Assembly: GCA_044892525.1 (NCBI GenBank)
Contig: CM097886.1
Location: 107,322,001-107,386,000, forward strand
Source: Schmidtea polychroa
Lineage: Eukaryota
Reading direction: 5' to 3'
Length of the DNA stretch: 64,000 bases
This document shows, one piece after another, positions 1 through 12,100 of the stretch. The translations under genes and the position numbers were made by a program. Under the pieces are notes generated by a model. It saw only the letters and a program-made list of their open reading frames with translations. It searched no databases and was not told the origin of the DNA. The first letter of the stretch is position 1, and every line of letters begins with the position of its first letter.

Positions 1-1878
1 CATTTTTATCCGCGCAGGAGAAACATGGGCGAAGAGTTTTCTCAGCAGTTGTAAAAGTAGTCATCTAAAGAATGAGAAGTCCTTTATTTACATCATTAAA
101 ATCCTTTCTACTATTTATTTTCTTTTTATCGTGAGCTTTATCCTACCACATATGCATACAATCAGGATTGTCCCCCACATCCATACCTTTGACATCACTT
201 AACTCATCCAAACCGTAAACCTTCAAATCAACCCATCACATCGTTCGTAATGAAGAGAAAATGAGAACCATCACACGTTATTTCTCTACTCATATTGATA
301 TTGTACCTAGGTTCCTGGGTCGACAGTTATCATCTAATCGCAATAAGTTACTCCTTACCACGGATATATTTTTTCCACTTTTATTTATTATGACCTATTA
401 AGGGTGGGTCTACTCCCTGGTTTTTATGGCTTATTGCGTTATGCCTGCTTTAATTTAAAAGAAGTAGTTCCATACTGTTGATGCACTTGGCGCTGTATTA
501 AGTTAAAACGAATTTGTTAAAAATTATTATTAGTATTAATTTCCCTCATAAATTATAATTTAATTATTTAAATTTTCGCATTTCATGTTGTCATAACGAC
601 GCGTATCGGTATGTAGTTGTGTACTGGTTTCAGACTCTACCTGATGTGCGCTAATGTGTATTATCTCGTTTTACTCAATTATCGCTGTCCTCTCTTAACA
701 ACTCTAGACATGGTGTCTGTTAGTGTACTTTGATCTCGTCGTTTATTTATGTATGCCTACTAACACATTCTACTATGACGCAATGATGATGTCAACTCAC
801 ACACGTCCCTTGTACTAGTGGATTTATCTGTGTGTGGGTTTGGGCCTACTTATCTCAGTTATAACATTATTAGCAGATGGGCTAGACGGATGGAAGATAA
901 TGATTCAGGCTTATAGAAGTAACGATTGTTATGATTTCAAGATTGCCCAAATCTGTTACCGGGTAAAAATGGATTTAACTCCTATCTCTCTCGTGAATGT
1001 TGACTATTCTCAAAAACCTAATCGTCTCATCGATTTGGCGCATGTCGTTCCACAATCGAACCGCTGGAATATTTTATCTACGCTACTTGCTTCTCTGCAA
1101 TAGTCGTTTCTCGATCAGATGGAAAATTTATCGATAATTTGTTCGAAATGGTCGATGATAATTTCCTTTAGGACTGTAATAAGTACCTATGATTAATTAG
1201 AACTTTGCTGTTTACTTTCCTGTCAGGACGAATCCTTATCGATGACAGTAGTTAATCGAAGGTTGATAACTAAGTCTCCTACTCGTCAAATGACATATCA
1301 CCGCGATGGGTTTACTCGCTAACGTTCTCTTAATTTATCAATTCTTAGGAATATAGAATATTCTAGATTTTTATCATTCCTCAAGAAACGAAAATGGACG
1401 TTAGAATTATCAGTGAAGTTCGAGAATTTCATTACCCTCAAGGATAGTCGATATTCACATTCTGACGAAAAGAAGTAACCTAGCTCTGAATTGAATATGG
1501 CCGAACTCAAACTCGGATTAAATATCGAAAAATGTCGTCGATCTCCTAGAATTTTCAGTCAGCACGTTGTCGGCATCGAAACCAGTATCGTTCAGAAGTT
1601 TCCTCAATAGAAAACTTCCGACGGCTAATTTTATGGATATCACTCGATGAAAGGATCATTGACTCGATTCGTTTTCTCTCACAGGGTTTCCTCACCCCTC
1701 ACAACCCACCCAAGGACAGTACGCATTTCTGCCCACTGCCCTTGGACCGTCGTGAAGGACAACTCGACCCGACTTATCTCAAATCCTTCTCCAATAAATG
1801 TACAATTAATAAATTCATATTACTGTCAAACAAATATGGGAATAATGAAATTAAAAGAAAAATCAAATAAATAAACGT

Positions 1879-2118
1879 TTACCTAGCGACCACGCCATCT
1901 GGATTCCGGGTATGATGACTCTTGCCATCGTAAATTTTTACATTCATTAAGTAATCATCATAGTACCCAAGTTCATGTAGATCCTTGGCTGGTTCTGTCA
2001 ATTCAATTTCTGGGTATTCATATTCATAAGTTTTCTCCGAAATGCATACGTAATCCAGCCGCATCATACCCGAACTTCAAAAGACGTCGTCGCTAGCATC
2101 ATAGAGAGAAAGCAACAT
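1879..2118 (-). other. Small LTR ORF (62 aa; 79 codons if the TGA at 2077-2079 is read through); also at 28291-28530 and 54703-54942
   Basis: MLLSLYDASDDVF*SSGMMRLDYVCISEKTYEYEYPE...; short, no family recognised. Confidence 0.3.
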
Positions 2119-2402
2119 CTTTTGTTTTTAAATATAAATTTTATTGAAACATAAAACGTCTTTTGATATTAAATTCATAGTAAACATTAAAATTATCATA
2201 CTAAAATTCAAAACATAATTTACCAAAATTCTCCGAAGGTGTTGGGATTGAAATCAAAGTTTTGTCAAATTTTTCCTTAGTTAGACTGGTTCTTCTCAAC
2301 TGGATTCGATCTCGACTATTATTTGCCTCTAAGTACTATCTGTTATGTCCAAGTATGAATATCGTTCGTAAGTCTGTGCTCGTGAGTGGTTCCTAGTTTC
2401 GT

Positions 2403-2484
2403 CCTGTAGAGTTTCGGGTTAGAATGATCATGATTTTAAATAAATTTTACCTGTAGAGTTTCGGGTTAGAATGATACTCTACAG
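2403..2484. repeat. 26-bp direct repeat plus 9-bp hairpin in U3 (present in every LTR)
   Basis: CCTGTAGAGTTTCGGGTTAGAATGAT at 2403-2428 and 2450-2475; CTGTAGAGT (2451-2459) pairs with ACTCTACAG (2476-2484). Confidence 0.85.
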
Positions 2485-3256
2485 AGTTTTGTTGCTCTTT
2501 ATATATTATTTTCCGTCCAATCAGGACACACCTTGCTTGTAATTTTGTTATTTATTATTATTTTATGTTTTTCTTATCGTAGTATATTATATTTTAATGA
2601 CCCTACCTATTTCTATTATTGTTTTATTTATTTTCCTATTTTTTATTATTTTTCTCCTATTTTTCTGTGGTTTTATTGCTATTTTATTGTAACTTCATTT
2701 TTTGTTTTAATTATCCTTATGGATGATTTTATTTTTATTTTGTTTTCCTTTAGTTTTCGTTTGTTTTCCCTAAATTTTGTGCCATTTTATTTCTCTTTTA
2801 CTGTTGTGCTCATTGGGTGCCTTCCCTTTTGTCTTATTTCCCCTTTACAGGTTTTGTTATTTTATTTAGTTATTCTTGTTTCTTTATGGATGTTTAATTT
2901 GTTTCTTCCTATATTTCTCGTAATTTTTATATGTTTTTATTTTATTTACTCTGTCTCTTCCTGGGTTCGTTTTTCCAACACCTTCAGAGCTTGGCCCAAC
3001 AAATCACTCCGGGGGCCGTTAAAATTGCGTCCCGCAATTCACACAATATCATACATTTAGATCATACCTTCTTTCGGTATAACCCATAATCTCACAATCA
3101 AAATCCACACAAACATAAAATCAAATTAACACAAAAATACTTTAATTAAACAGAGAAAATGACAAATATAAGCAAGCAGTGGCCACTTAAGGTGACCGGT
3201 TTCATCAGAAGATAATAAAACAGCAAAAATTTTGTCAATAGTTACAGTTCGAAATG

Positions 3257-3916
3257 TTATGTTTGTTGTTCGGTTGCCGTTGATGATGGGTGATTTGGTT
3301 GTTGGGTTTCGATGTTGTAGTATATTCGGCGACTTGTGGACGGTCTGACTGTTTCTGCGATGGAGGTTCGTTGTCGGAGATTTTCTTGGATTACGTCAGC
3401 CATATTATCTTCTTGGGATCTTCAAGACGATCTTTCCGGTACGGGGTGACTTTTCTTCCAAACTTGGTAGATATTATGGATTTTTAGGAGGATGATTACC
3501 ATGATTACGGTGGTTTCGACGATTACTACGTAGAGGAGTTCATGGTGGTCATTTATTTCTTTGGCGATTTCTACTGGTTCGACTGGGTTTTGTATTTCTT
3601 GATGTTGGACCTGTTGTTCCAGCTGATCGAGTTGGTGAATTTGGTCCAGGATTCTTTTATCAATAATTTTGCACATGGGGTGGTTATTACACATTAATCT
3701 GATATTGTTGACGTACGTTCGGGTAACTCGAATATTGTCGGTAAGACGGGTTTTTAGGATACTTGGATAGATGCATGATTTGGCTGTTGGTTCGGTCTTT
3801 TGGTTGGGTTTTCTGCTGTCTCGAATATGTTCAATTTCGGGTTTTACGGGTTGTCGCCTTGTCAGATCAAGGACTATCGTCATCATCAGGATTATTATGA
3901 TCGGTTTGTTTCTCAT
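3257..3916 (-). CDS. Accessory putative membrane protein; stops at TGA 3422-3424, or continues 54 more codons to TAA at 3257 if read through
   Basis: N-terminal MRNKPIIIILMMTIVL and second hydrophobic stretch LLYVVIVETTVIMVIILL. The frame stays open after the TGA (RSQEDNMADVIQENLRQRT...). Confidence 0.6.
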
Positions 3917-3975
3917 ACTACTGATATACATTTAGTAATTTTATACACATTTATATACATCGCTTTTTGTCGGTT

Positions 3976-4683
3976 TTAATTTTGTCGTTTCTTTTTAGGG
4001 TTTTTCTCCCGGATTCGCATTAATTTAGACTCCGCTTTAATGACTCTATGTCGGAGTTCCGGCAACATTTCTAGTTGTCTCTCTTTCTCCTGGACCTTGT
4101 CTGTCAAGTGTCTTATCTCTCTTTTCAAGGTTTTTATCTCCTTCTTCTTTTCTTTCAGGTTCCGTTCCAGTTCCAATTGTAGGAAATCATTTTCCTCTGG
4201 GTCGTTTGTCTTTGAGTTTTGTTTCTGCCGTTTTGTTTCTATTTCTCGATATTTACTATTCCATTTCTCCATTTCTGTACTTTCTTGTACTTTTACTTCC
4301 AGCTGGTTTTCTAACTCCTTGATGGTTTCTTGTCGTTTCCTTGCTTCCGTTTTCCAATAATCTTCGATTACTTCGTTTGCCTTGAAACTGGCTCTCTCCT
4401 GCCATAATTCTTCCGCGATCTTTTCCCAATTTCTCCCTCGCTTTCTTTGTTCGTGAAGCCATTCGTTTTCTACTTCTACTTCTTTCTTTATTTCCTCCAA
4501 TGTTTTGCATTCCCTTTTTAGCGCCTTTATCATTCTTCGATCATCCATATATTTGTCTATCATCCTTTCTTTTTCCTGTTTCTCCTCTATCAACTCGTCC
4601 TTCGGCGTTTTCATTTTTATGGGGTCTGTTTCAATTTCTCCCTCTTCTAGCTCGGTCATGGTGGATATTTCTTCTATTTTCAT
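3976..4683 (-). CDS. Accessory coiled-coil protein (~235 aa from MKIEE)
   Basis: Long K/E-rich ORF; likely ATG at 4683, preceded by TTGTAG|AA. Confidence 0.75.
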   Translation of the reverse strand: MKIEEISTMTELEEGEIETDPIKMKTPKDELIEEKQEKERMIDKYMDDRRMIKALKRECKTLEEIKKEVEVENEWLHEQRKRGRNWEKIAEELWQERASFKANEVIEDYWKTEARKRQETIKELENQLEVKVQESTEMEKWNSKYREIETKRQKQNSKTNDPEENDFLQLELERNLKEKKKEIKTLKREIRHLTDKVQEKERQLEMLPELRHRVIKAESKLMRIREKNPKKKRQN

Positions 4684-4858
4684 TTCTACAATATTTACAA
4701 TTAATAGTGCGCTACAGTGCGGCTTATACTTATACATTTATAGGTAATTTTATATAATCAGGGTTACAGTCCCGTAAATATTTTTATCGTACTAATAATT
4801 TTTTTTTGTTGGGATACAGGTCCCGCTTTTTATATTTTTTTATCTTTTCTCCTTATCT

Positions 4859-5897
4859 TTATACAAAGGTTTCTTCCTGGCCTACATACCCTTCATCGCT
4901 GTCTATTGACGTTTGTAGTTGGATTGCGATGGGATCGAATGGGATGTGGTACCGGGGAATCTGCGCTCTAAGCTCCTGAACTTCGTCTCTTAGCGCTCTT
5001 GACACGTTGAGTTCCTCGTCTAACAGGTATGTCAGATACCTGGTTTCATCATCTCTTACTTCTATCTGTTTTTCTAACTCCTCCGCTTTTTCGCCGTTCT
5101 CCCATTTTTTGATCTCCTTTTCGAGGTTCTTGATATTTTCGTCATACATCTTCCTCTCGTTTTCCAATTTCTTGTTCTTACCGGCTAGCACTATATTCCT
5201 TTGTTCTAGTGCCCCCTTATAGCCGTTATTGTCTCTTTCAAGGTCTGCCACCTTGTTTACGAGTTCGACGATTCTACCTGACTGTTGCAGGATCATCTCT
5301 TCCATGGCGGTATTCTCCTGTTCCTTCATGGACAGTTTCATGGCCAGATGCCTTTCAAATTCCATGGCCTTGGTCTGCCAGGTTTGACTTCTAGCTGCTA
5401 CTTTCCGGAGCCTTCTTAGCTCTTCTTTCTGATCCAGGTTTTCTTCCCATTTCCCTTGATCACTCTCGTGTTCCAATCTCTGCGGCAATTCTCTCATCTC
5501 TTTTTGGATTTCTCGATGTTGTTTTTTTCCCCTTTCTGGCTTCTGCTAATAGTTGGCGGGTCTTTCTTTCCTCCTTTTGTTTTTCTATTTCCCGCTTCTT
5601 ATTCTCATCCGTTAGTCTTTTTCTTGACTCCTGTACCAGCTGCTTCAGGTAATGCCCGTGTGCCTCTTGCCTGGTATTTTCTAATGCCGACCATTTGGCG
5701 GCTCTTTTGCAGGCCTCGGCCTCCGCCCGTAAATTCTGTACTAACCACTGGAACTGGTGGTTTTCCCATTCTCTCGCTTCTTCGAGGTAATTTCGTGTTT
5801 GATTTGATAATTGTGCCATCACTTTGGCCCATCTTTCTCTATGTATTCTACTGATGTTTATTTCGTTATTTGGGGCTTCCGTTTGATCTTGAGTCAT
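4859..5897 (-). pseudogene. Coiled-coil accessory gene split by a 1-nt frameshift in an A7 run
   Basis: Removing one A from GGGGAAAAAAAC (T7 at 5522-5528) joins LLAEARKGKK to QHREIQKEMRELPQRL in a continuous helical protein of about 345 aa. Confidence 0.65.
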
Positions 5898-6115
5898 CTT
5901 TGTCTAAATAACGATATCATTAACTCAACGTTGTACGCTTTTATCTGGTTTATTATTTATTTATTTTTACAATTCGTTATAGGAGTTGTTTTAGGAGTTT
6001 TACGCTTAAGTTTACCTTTAGTAGATTTGGGGGATTTTTCTACACTACTATATAATATTTTACGGGGTATATATGCCGATATTTACAATTAGTATATACA
6101 AAATTATTCGTCTCT

Positions 6116-7504
6116 CTACTCAGTCCTACTCTTCCCGTCTCGCCTCACCGCTATTTTTATGTATATAGTGTCGTTTCTCGTCATGTCTTCTACTTTCCGC
6201 TGTAGGATGAAATTCGGTGCTCCAGTTGCTGGTCCTTCTTCTTCCAAGGGCCTTTGGTAACATACGAGGTTTCCCGCTGTATGGAAACTCTGTTCATGTA
6301 TACTTTGATAGTTCATCATTGCGAGGTCTATTTTTGCTTTGAATGGCCATTCTATTAACTCGTCGTATAGCCCTTTGCACATCAAGAAGAATACTGAGAA
6401 ATGCGTTCCGTATGCACTTCCATCCCCATTGGGGTATGCTTTCATTTTCATTTTATACCCGTTTTTTCATGAGTAGAATGCTGGACTTAGTAATGTGGTA
6501 TCCTTTCCATTTCTCGCTCTCTGCATCTTCTCTTTTACTCCCGTTATTTTCCATATGTATGGAGCCGTTGGTATTAATTCGTTGAGGTTTAATTCGCTTA
6601 CTTTTTGACGTAGTTCTTTCACCATAATGTTGCTAGTTTCCACTAGATCTGTCTGTATCTTTGTACTTGTTCTCGCCTCTTCAAATGCTTCCTTTTCTTC
6701 CAATAACTCTTTTACCAACGCTTTTAGCGAGACCATTTCTTTCTCTAAGTTTTCGGTTTTCCTTTCGTTTTCTTGTAATACCGTTGACCATATTTCCGCG
6801 TGTGTTGATACGTTTTCTGCTAGATGTTGGGGTAATTCTCCTCGGTGTAATTGTTTCTGACATCCCCATTTTCCTAGCACACACGTTATCTTTTTCCTTT
6901 CACATTCTCTGAGATGTTGAGCGAGTCTTATTACTCCAGATTTATCGCATTTATTGGGACATTCTCCTCTGAACCCTGCTCACACTTTCTCCTCTTGTAT
7001 GTTGTGATGTTGACTGATTAGTTTTTTCCAGGTGTCGGTTTCTCCGCAATACTCACATTTCTCCAGTCTTTCTTCGCATCGACTTTGATGTTCTGCTTCT
7101 TCATTGACTTTAATCTCTTCTTGGCAACGTTTGCATTGACTGATTTTATACTCACATTGCTCCATATGTTGCCTCACTTCCCATATCCCTCCTCGCCAAT
7201 TGCATGGGGTGTTTTTACATCCTAAATTTGAATTTAACATATCTTTCACGGCTGCTTTATCTTCGTTTGTATCTCCCAAACTTGTTATCATGGTTTCTTT
7301 ACATACTGGGCACCATTGTGGTCCCTTCTTTATTATCTCCTCTACACATTCTCTGCACATTCTGCATCCACATCTGGTTTGGTGAGGTTCTCTTAATAAG
7401 CTCTTGCATATTCCACACGTTACATGGTTGTGTATTCGAATTGTGGTGGACTTTCTGACTTGTTCAACAATTTCTTTGAATTCTTCTCGTTGTCGCTTAT
7501 CCAT
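6116..7504 (-). pseudogene. TRAF: Full-length TRAF-family gene (RING, TRAF zinc fingers, coiled coil, MATH) with two in-frame TGA codons; pseudogene or read-through
   Basis: The three track ORFs (6980-7504, 6467-6880, 6116-6451) share one frame of 463 codons. RING CGICKSLLREPHQTRCGCRMCREC...CPVC; CPNKC zinc finger; MATH YIWKI...SPAFYS*KNGYKM..YPNGDG...THFSVFF...G.YDELIEWPF. Confidence 0.92.
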
Positions 7505-7593
7505 TTCTATAATTATATATATACATATATTCGTTACTGGTACAGTTTCGTATTTTTATTTACAGTTATTTACATTGCTATTTTAGGTTATAT

Positions 7594-7953
7594 TTATTGG
7601 CTGGAAGAGTCGGCCTCTTGTCCGCCCTCTTCCCTACTGGTTAACCATTCTGACCAGTCTTCTATCTCCTCTCGCTCCATCTCTTCCGCGATTCTTATTA
7701 ACTCCTCTTCTTGCACCTGGCTGTATCGTGATATTCGGTCTATCTCTCGCTGCATTTGTTCTATTTTTATTCGTTGGTCTTCGATTATTCTTACATAACT
7801 GAAGCCTTTATTTAAACTTTCGACTAAGCTTCTTTGTACAGCGAGTCCTTGTTCCTGTAAATTCGAAATCACTTGAGTTAACATTGCACATTGTTGTTTC
7901 CACATCTCCTCGGTTGTCGTACTGTGATTTACTTCCTCGCCTATTCGCTCCAT
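7594..7953 (-). CDS. Accessory acidic coiled-coil protein (~119 aa from the ATG at 7953)
   Basis: E/Q/R-rich ORF bounded by AT-rich spacers; no family recognised. Confidence 0.6.
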   Translation of the reverse strand: MERIGEEVNHSTTTEEMWKQQCAMLTQVISNLQEQGLAVQRSLVESLNKGFSYVRIIEDQRIKIEQMQREIDRISRYSQVQEEELIRIAEEMEREEIEDWSEWLTSREEGGQEADSSSQ

Positions 7954-8121
7954 TCTTAATTTATATATACTTTTCAACCCTTATCCAATTTTATTTTTAT
8001 ATTATTTATCCCCATCGTTATATAATATTGATACCGCGGTTATATAAAAATATATCATACTGTTATATAAATAAATATTATCTACTTACTTTTTACAATC
8101 TATATACAGTCATAATCCTTT

Positions 8122-9125
8122 CTATATACGTGAGCTTGGAGGGCGCTGAGCATTCCAGGCCTCCACCCACTGTTCCTGCTTGATATTACTTGGTCGTTTT
8201 ACACGATGTTGAAAATTTCTTATTCTGGCCATTTCTAGTTCTCCGCGATGCCGTCTATCTTTGATTATTTTTATTGTCCCCCCCGTTATGATTAAAAAGG
8301 CCCCTGTTATTATTATGCCGCTGATCCACATCATCTGTTTTACGCTTATAATTTCCGCTTTTTCCTTGTTCATTATTGTTGATATTGCCTCTGTGCTTTT
8401 TAGATTACCGTCTTTGCCATTTCCTTTTATCATTCCTCGTATTCTTGCTATTTCCTCGTTCATACCTTCCTTTGCCATTCTTTGTATTTTCTCCATCTCT
8501 TCCTCTGATACATAATTGTCCTGATATTTCTCACCGGTTTTCTTGCGTTTTCCTTGCTCATCTTTTTCGTCATTGATTTTTCTTTTCTTCCCTCTTTTCC
8601 CAGGGTATCGTCGACATTCTCTTTCTGGACCGTTTCTCAGGATACAGACCGTATATTCCTTTGGTGGTTGTTGTTGCGTTACATATTGCAGACAATTTTC
8701 TCCTGGGCCTAGCCTTGAAATACACACTTTGTGCTCTTTTCTTGGTTGAAGCTGTGTTATCACTATTTCACCTCCTTTACTCAGGTGTACCTCTTTCCAT
8801 TTGACTTTTGTTATCTTCTTCCCGTTTCGATGTTGGTACGCTTCTTGTATTCCCACTTCCGTTATTGGTTCTGCATCTTCATTTTTTAACACTAGTCTCT
8901 GATAAGCTCTAGACATACATCTTCCTAATATACACCTTTCTTTTAAATCCCATTCTTCTTTTAGATCCCATTGCTGCTCTTGTACTTGTTTTTTCTTTTC
9001 TTGTTTTAGTTCTTCCTCTTTGTTGTCCTTATTTTCCGTTTCTTTGGCTTCTTTTATCGTTCTCATTCCTCCCTGGGCTGTTATCATTTCCACCATTGTT
9101 AATACGAGTATCATTATCATCATAT
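8122..9125 (-). other. C-terminal type-I-membrane-protein-like module
   Basis: Signal-like MMIMILVLTMVEMITAQG (9071-9125), two Cys-loop repeats, and TM MMWISGIIITGAFLIITGGTIKII followed by basic KDRRHR. Confidence 0.6.
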
Positions 9126-12100
9126 TTGTCTCCACTTCTTTGTTGGTAAAAAGTAGGCATACCCTCTGTTTTCCACTATTCGTCTTTTCTTCTTGCTTCA
9201 TTCGGTTTCCCGGGTTATTTTCCTCTTTTTTCCTACTCGCGTCGTTATTTTCTTGATTATTCTCCTCTGATTTCTCTTTCTCTTTATTCCCGTTTCGACC
9301 TTTTTCATTATTATCGTCGTCTTTATCGTCTTTATCTCCCCCGCTATCGTTTAAAATGTCGTCCTCGACATTTATATCATTCAACAGTCTGCGGTATGCC
9401 GTTAGCACCCTGTTTCTTGCTAATTTTGCTTCGAATTCGAACTCTTTTCTGCCTGTTGCTGCATGTCTCTTTCTATTCCATTCTTTTACTAGTTCTCTCA
9501 ATTGTATACGGCGATGTTTTCCGATTCGTTTTTGTTCGTTTAGATTTTGCGTAAATTTGAGGTCTTCTCTGTTCAATACTATCGTTATGATTTTCGGAGT
9601 TCCTCCTTTTGTTAATGTATTTTTAACCATGGCATTTTCTCCGTTTTCATAGAACTCATTTATATTTATTGCATATTTATTACTTTGCGGTAATTTCCAT
9701 GTTAACAATAGCTTCATGGCTTCTAAGTTTTTCCGTATCGTGTTCCATTGGAACTGTGACGTATTTTTACAGATATTTTCTACCTCAGTTCTTGTAGCAT
9801 TTTTACAAATGAATCTAATCATTTCCAAGTTTGGTTGTATTGTTGCCCAATCCATGGTAGAATTTCCTTCGTTTGATATTTCGTCAAGACTCGAACCTGA
9901 TTGATGTAGTATATGTAAGGTTTTCGGGTGTATCTTTGTTATTGCTGCATACATCATTGCTGTTTCTCCTTGTTCATTTTTTGCATTAGATTCTTCTCCG
10001 AAGTCTCTAAGAATTCTTATGATGGTTATTGCTCTGTTTTCTTTTGCTGCTAAAATGGCTTGTTGTAATGGTGTTCTTGAATCTTTTGTTGGTAAGGTGA
10101 ATGCGAGTGGTATAAATGTTTTTATTTTTCCTATGTCTAGATTTGTGGTCTGGTCTCTTGCGTAGGTGTGTACTGTTTTTGTTATTTTTGCTAGTATCGC
10201 TTCATCGGATAGATCTTGCCTTTCCTCCACGAATACTTCTTTAGCCTTACGTACTACTATCTCTTGGTCGGAGTTTATTATCTTTGGTTTACTTGTTGTT
10301 GCTATATCGCTTATTATTTGATTGACTCGTTTCTCAGACTCCCTTGCTGTTATTTTCTTGGTTTTTATCCTTTTCTGGTTCGAACTGTTAATGCGTTCCT
10401 CTGCCGTTAGAACTTGAATAATACTTAGGTAGTTTTCTCGAATGTCATTCATAGTTTCCATCATATATAATACACTCACGGTTTCCCAAAATTTTTCTTG
10501 TACTTTATCGGTAAATTGAGATATAGCTTTTTCGAAGTTGGTAATTCGTTTTCTGATTAGTTGTTCGTCTTTGTGATTTGAGAACTTTATGCCACGTTGT
10601 AGTAGTTGATTTGGAATTTCGAATAGGTGATGTCCTCTCATCGCTTCTCTCATCAAGGTGTTTTCTCCTTTGGTAAATGTTTCGTTTATATCTACCATAT
10701 AATCGTTTTTGATCGGGTTCCTCCATGCAATTAGTAATCCAGCAATTGTTATTAATTTCTCTTTGATTGCAGTTAATAGCCCGTCATACATGTTTCCTAT
10801 CTCCCTATTATCCTCGTATGATAATAGATCTACTAAGATTATGAAGGCTTTCGTACTTTTCCCTTCGATTGCATGATGTAGTGCATTTTTCTGGTTGTGA
10901 TCTTGTGTGGTTATCTTTGACCCAGTTTCAAGTAATGCGATATTAATATCTTTAGCTTTATCCCGATTGGCTGCTATCATTAGTGGAGTGTAACCTTGGT
11001 TGTTTTCTTGATCCGTCGAAATGTTACAGTCGCGAAATGCTTCGATCGTTTCCAGTATTTGTTCATTATTCCCGACCTTTAAAAGTTTGTGCAGCGGTGT
11101 ATCTCCATAATGGTCTGTGATCGTAAATAATATAGGCCATTGACTTTTTACTACCCTGAGTAATGGGTGTGTTCTTTCTCGGTTTGCATAGTTTTCGATC
11201 ATGGTTAGCAGACCTCCCAATATCTCAAAATCTAATCTGTCTTTTGCCCATCCGGGCATTTTAGCTTTCACTTCCTTTATGATTTTCTCGGCTTCTGATG
11301 GTTGTAACCCCAATCGGTTACCTGTTGGTTCGTTTATCTGCTGTAACACATTTATTCTATACGTTTGTGATCTTGTTGTTAATGTTCGCCCTTCCGGCTG
11401 GCTGGTGGCTGTTTTCGGTATTGGCTTACATCGTGCCACGTTTACATATATTGGCCTCGTGAAGGGGTTGTTTACCAATCGTACTCGCACATTGGTTTCT
11501 CCGACGAATAGAATCTCATACGGACCTTTGCCGTTTCGTTGTAATTTTTTGGTGGTTCCTGGAATTAATTCTGGTGTTTCGATCATCACCCAATCACCGG
11601 TTTGAAATGTATGTTGTTTAACGTTTTTCTTTCTATCATGCAGATCTTTGTAACTTTCCTGATAAAACTTTATATTTAATCCCGCAGTTTCCCAGATTTC
11701 TTGCATTCTTTCCTTGAACTTGGTTACATAATCATCTATTTCCATATACTGTGATATTGGTGGCTGATATTCTAAATCCATTGGCATATTGCATTCTCTG
11801 CCGTACATCAACTTAAACGGACTCATCTTTGTGGACGCGTGAATCGACATTCTGTAAGCCATTAAACATAATTTTATATACTCGTCCCAGTCGCGTTGAT
11901 GACGATCGACATAATTTGATAACATTTGAATCAGTGTTCCATTGAATCTTTCTGTCATACCATTAGTTTGTGGATGGTACGGTGATGTTCTTAATTTTGC
12001 GATCTTGAAGTAGTTGGTGACTTCGCTCATTATTTCGCTCATGAAATTTGTCCCCTGATCGGTCAGTATCTGTTTTGGTGTTCCATATCGACAACATATC

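Larger units (their letters stand above)
1..3001 (-). repeat. LTR copy 1 (partial, cut by the window edge)
   Basis: Matches 26413-29413 and 52825-55825; ends in CCCAACA at 3001. Confidence 0.93.

Noticed and set aside
2533-3060. 175-200 aa plus-strand hydrophobic ORF (also 28945-29472 and 55357-55959)
   Set aside because: Product of the T-rich strand of U3 (F/I/L/Y-rich). It crosses the LTR boundary and its end differs between copies.
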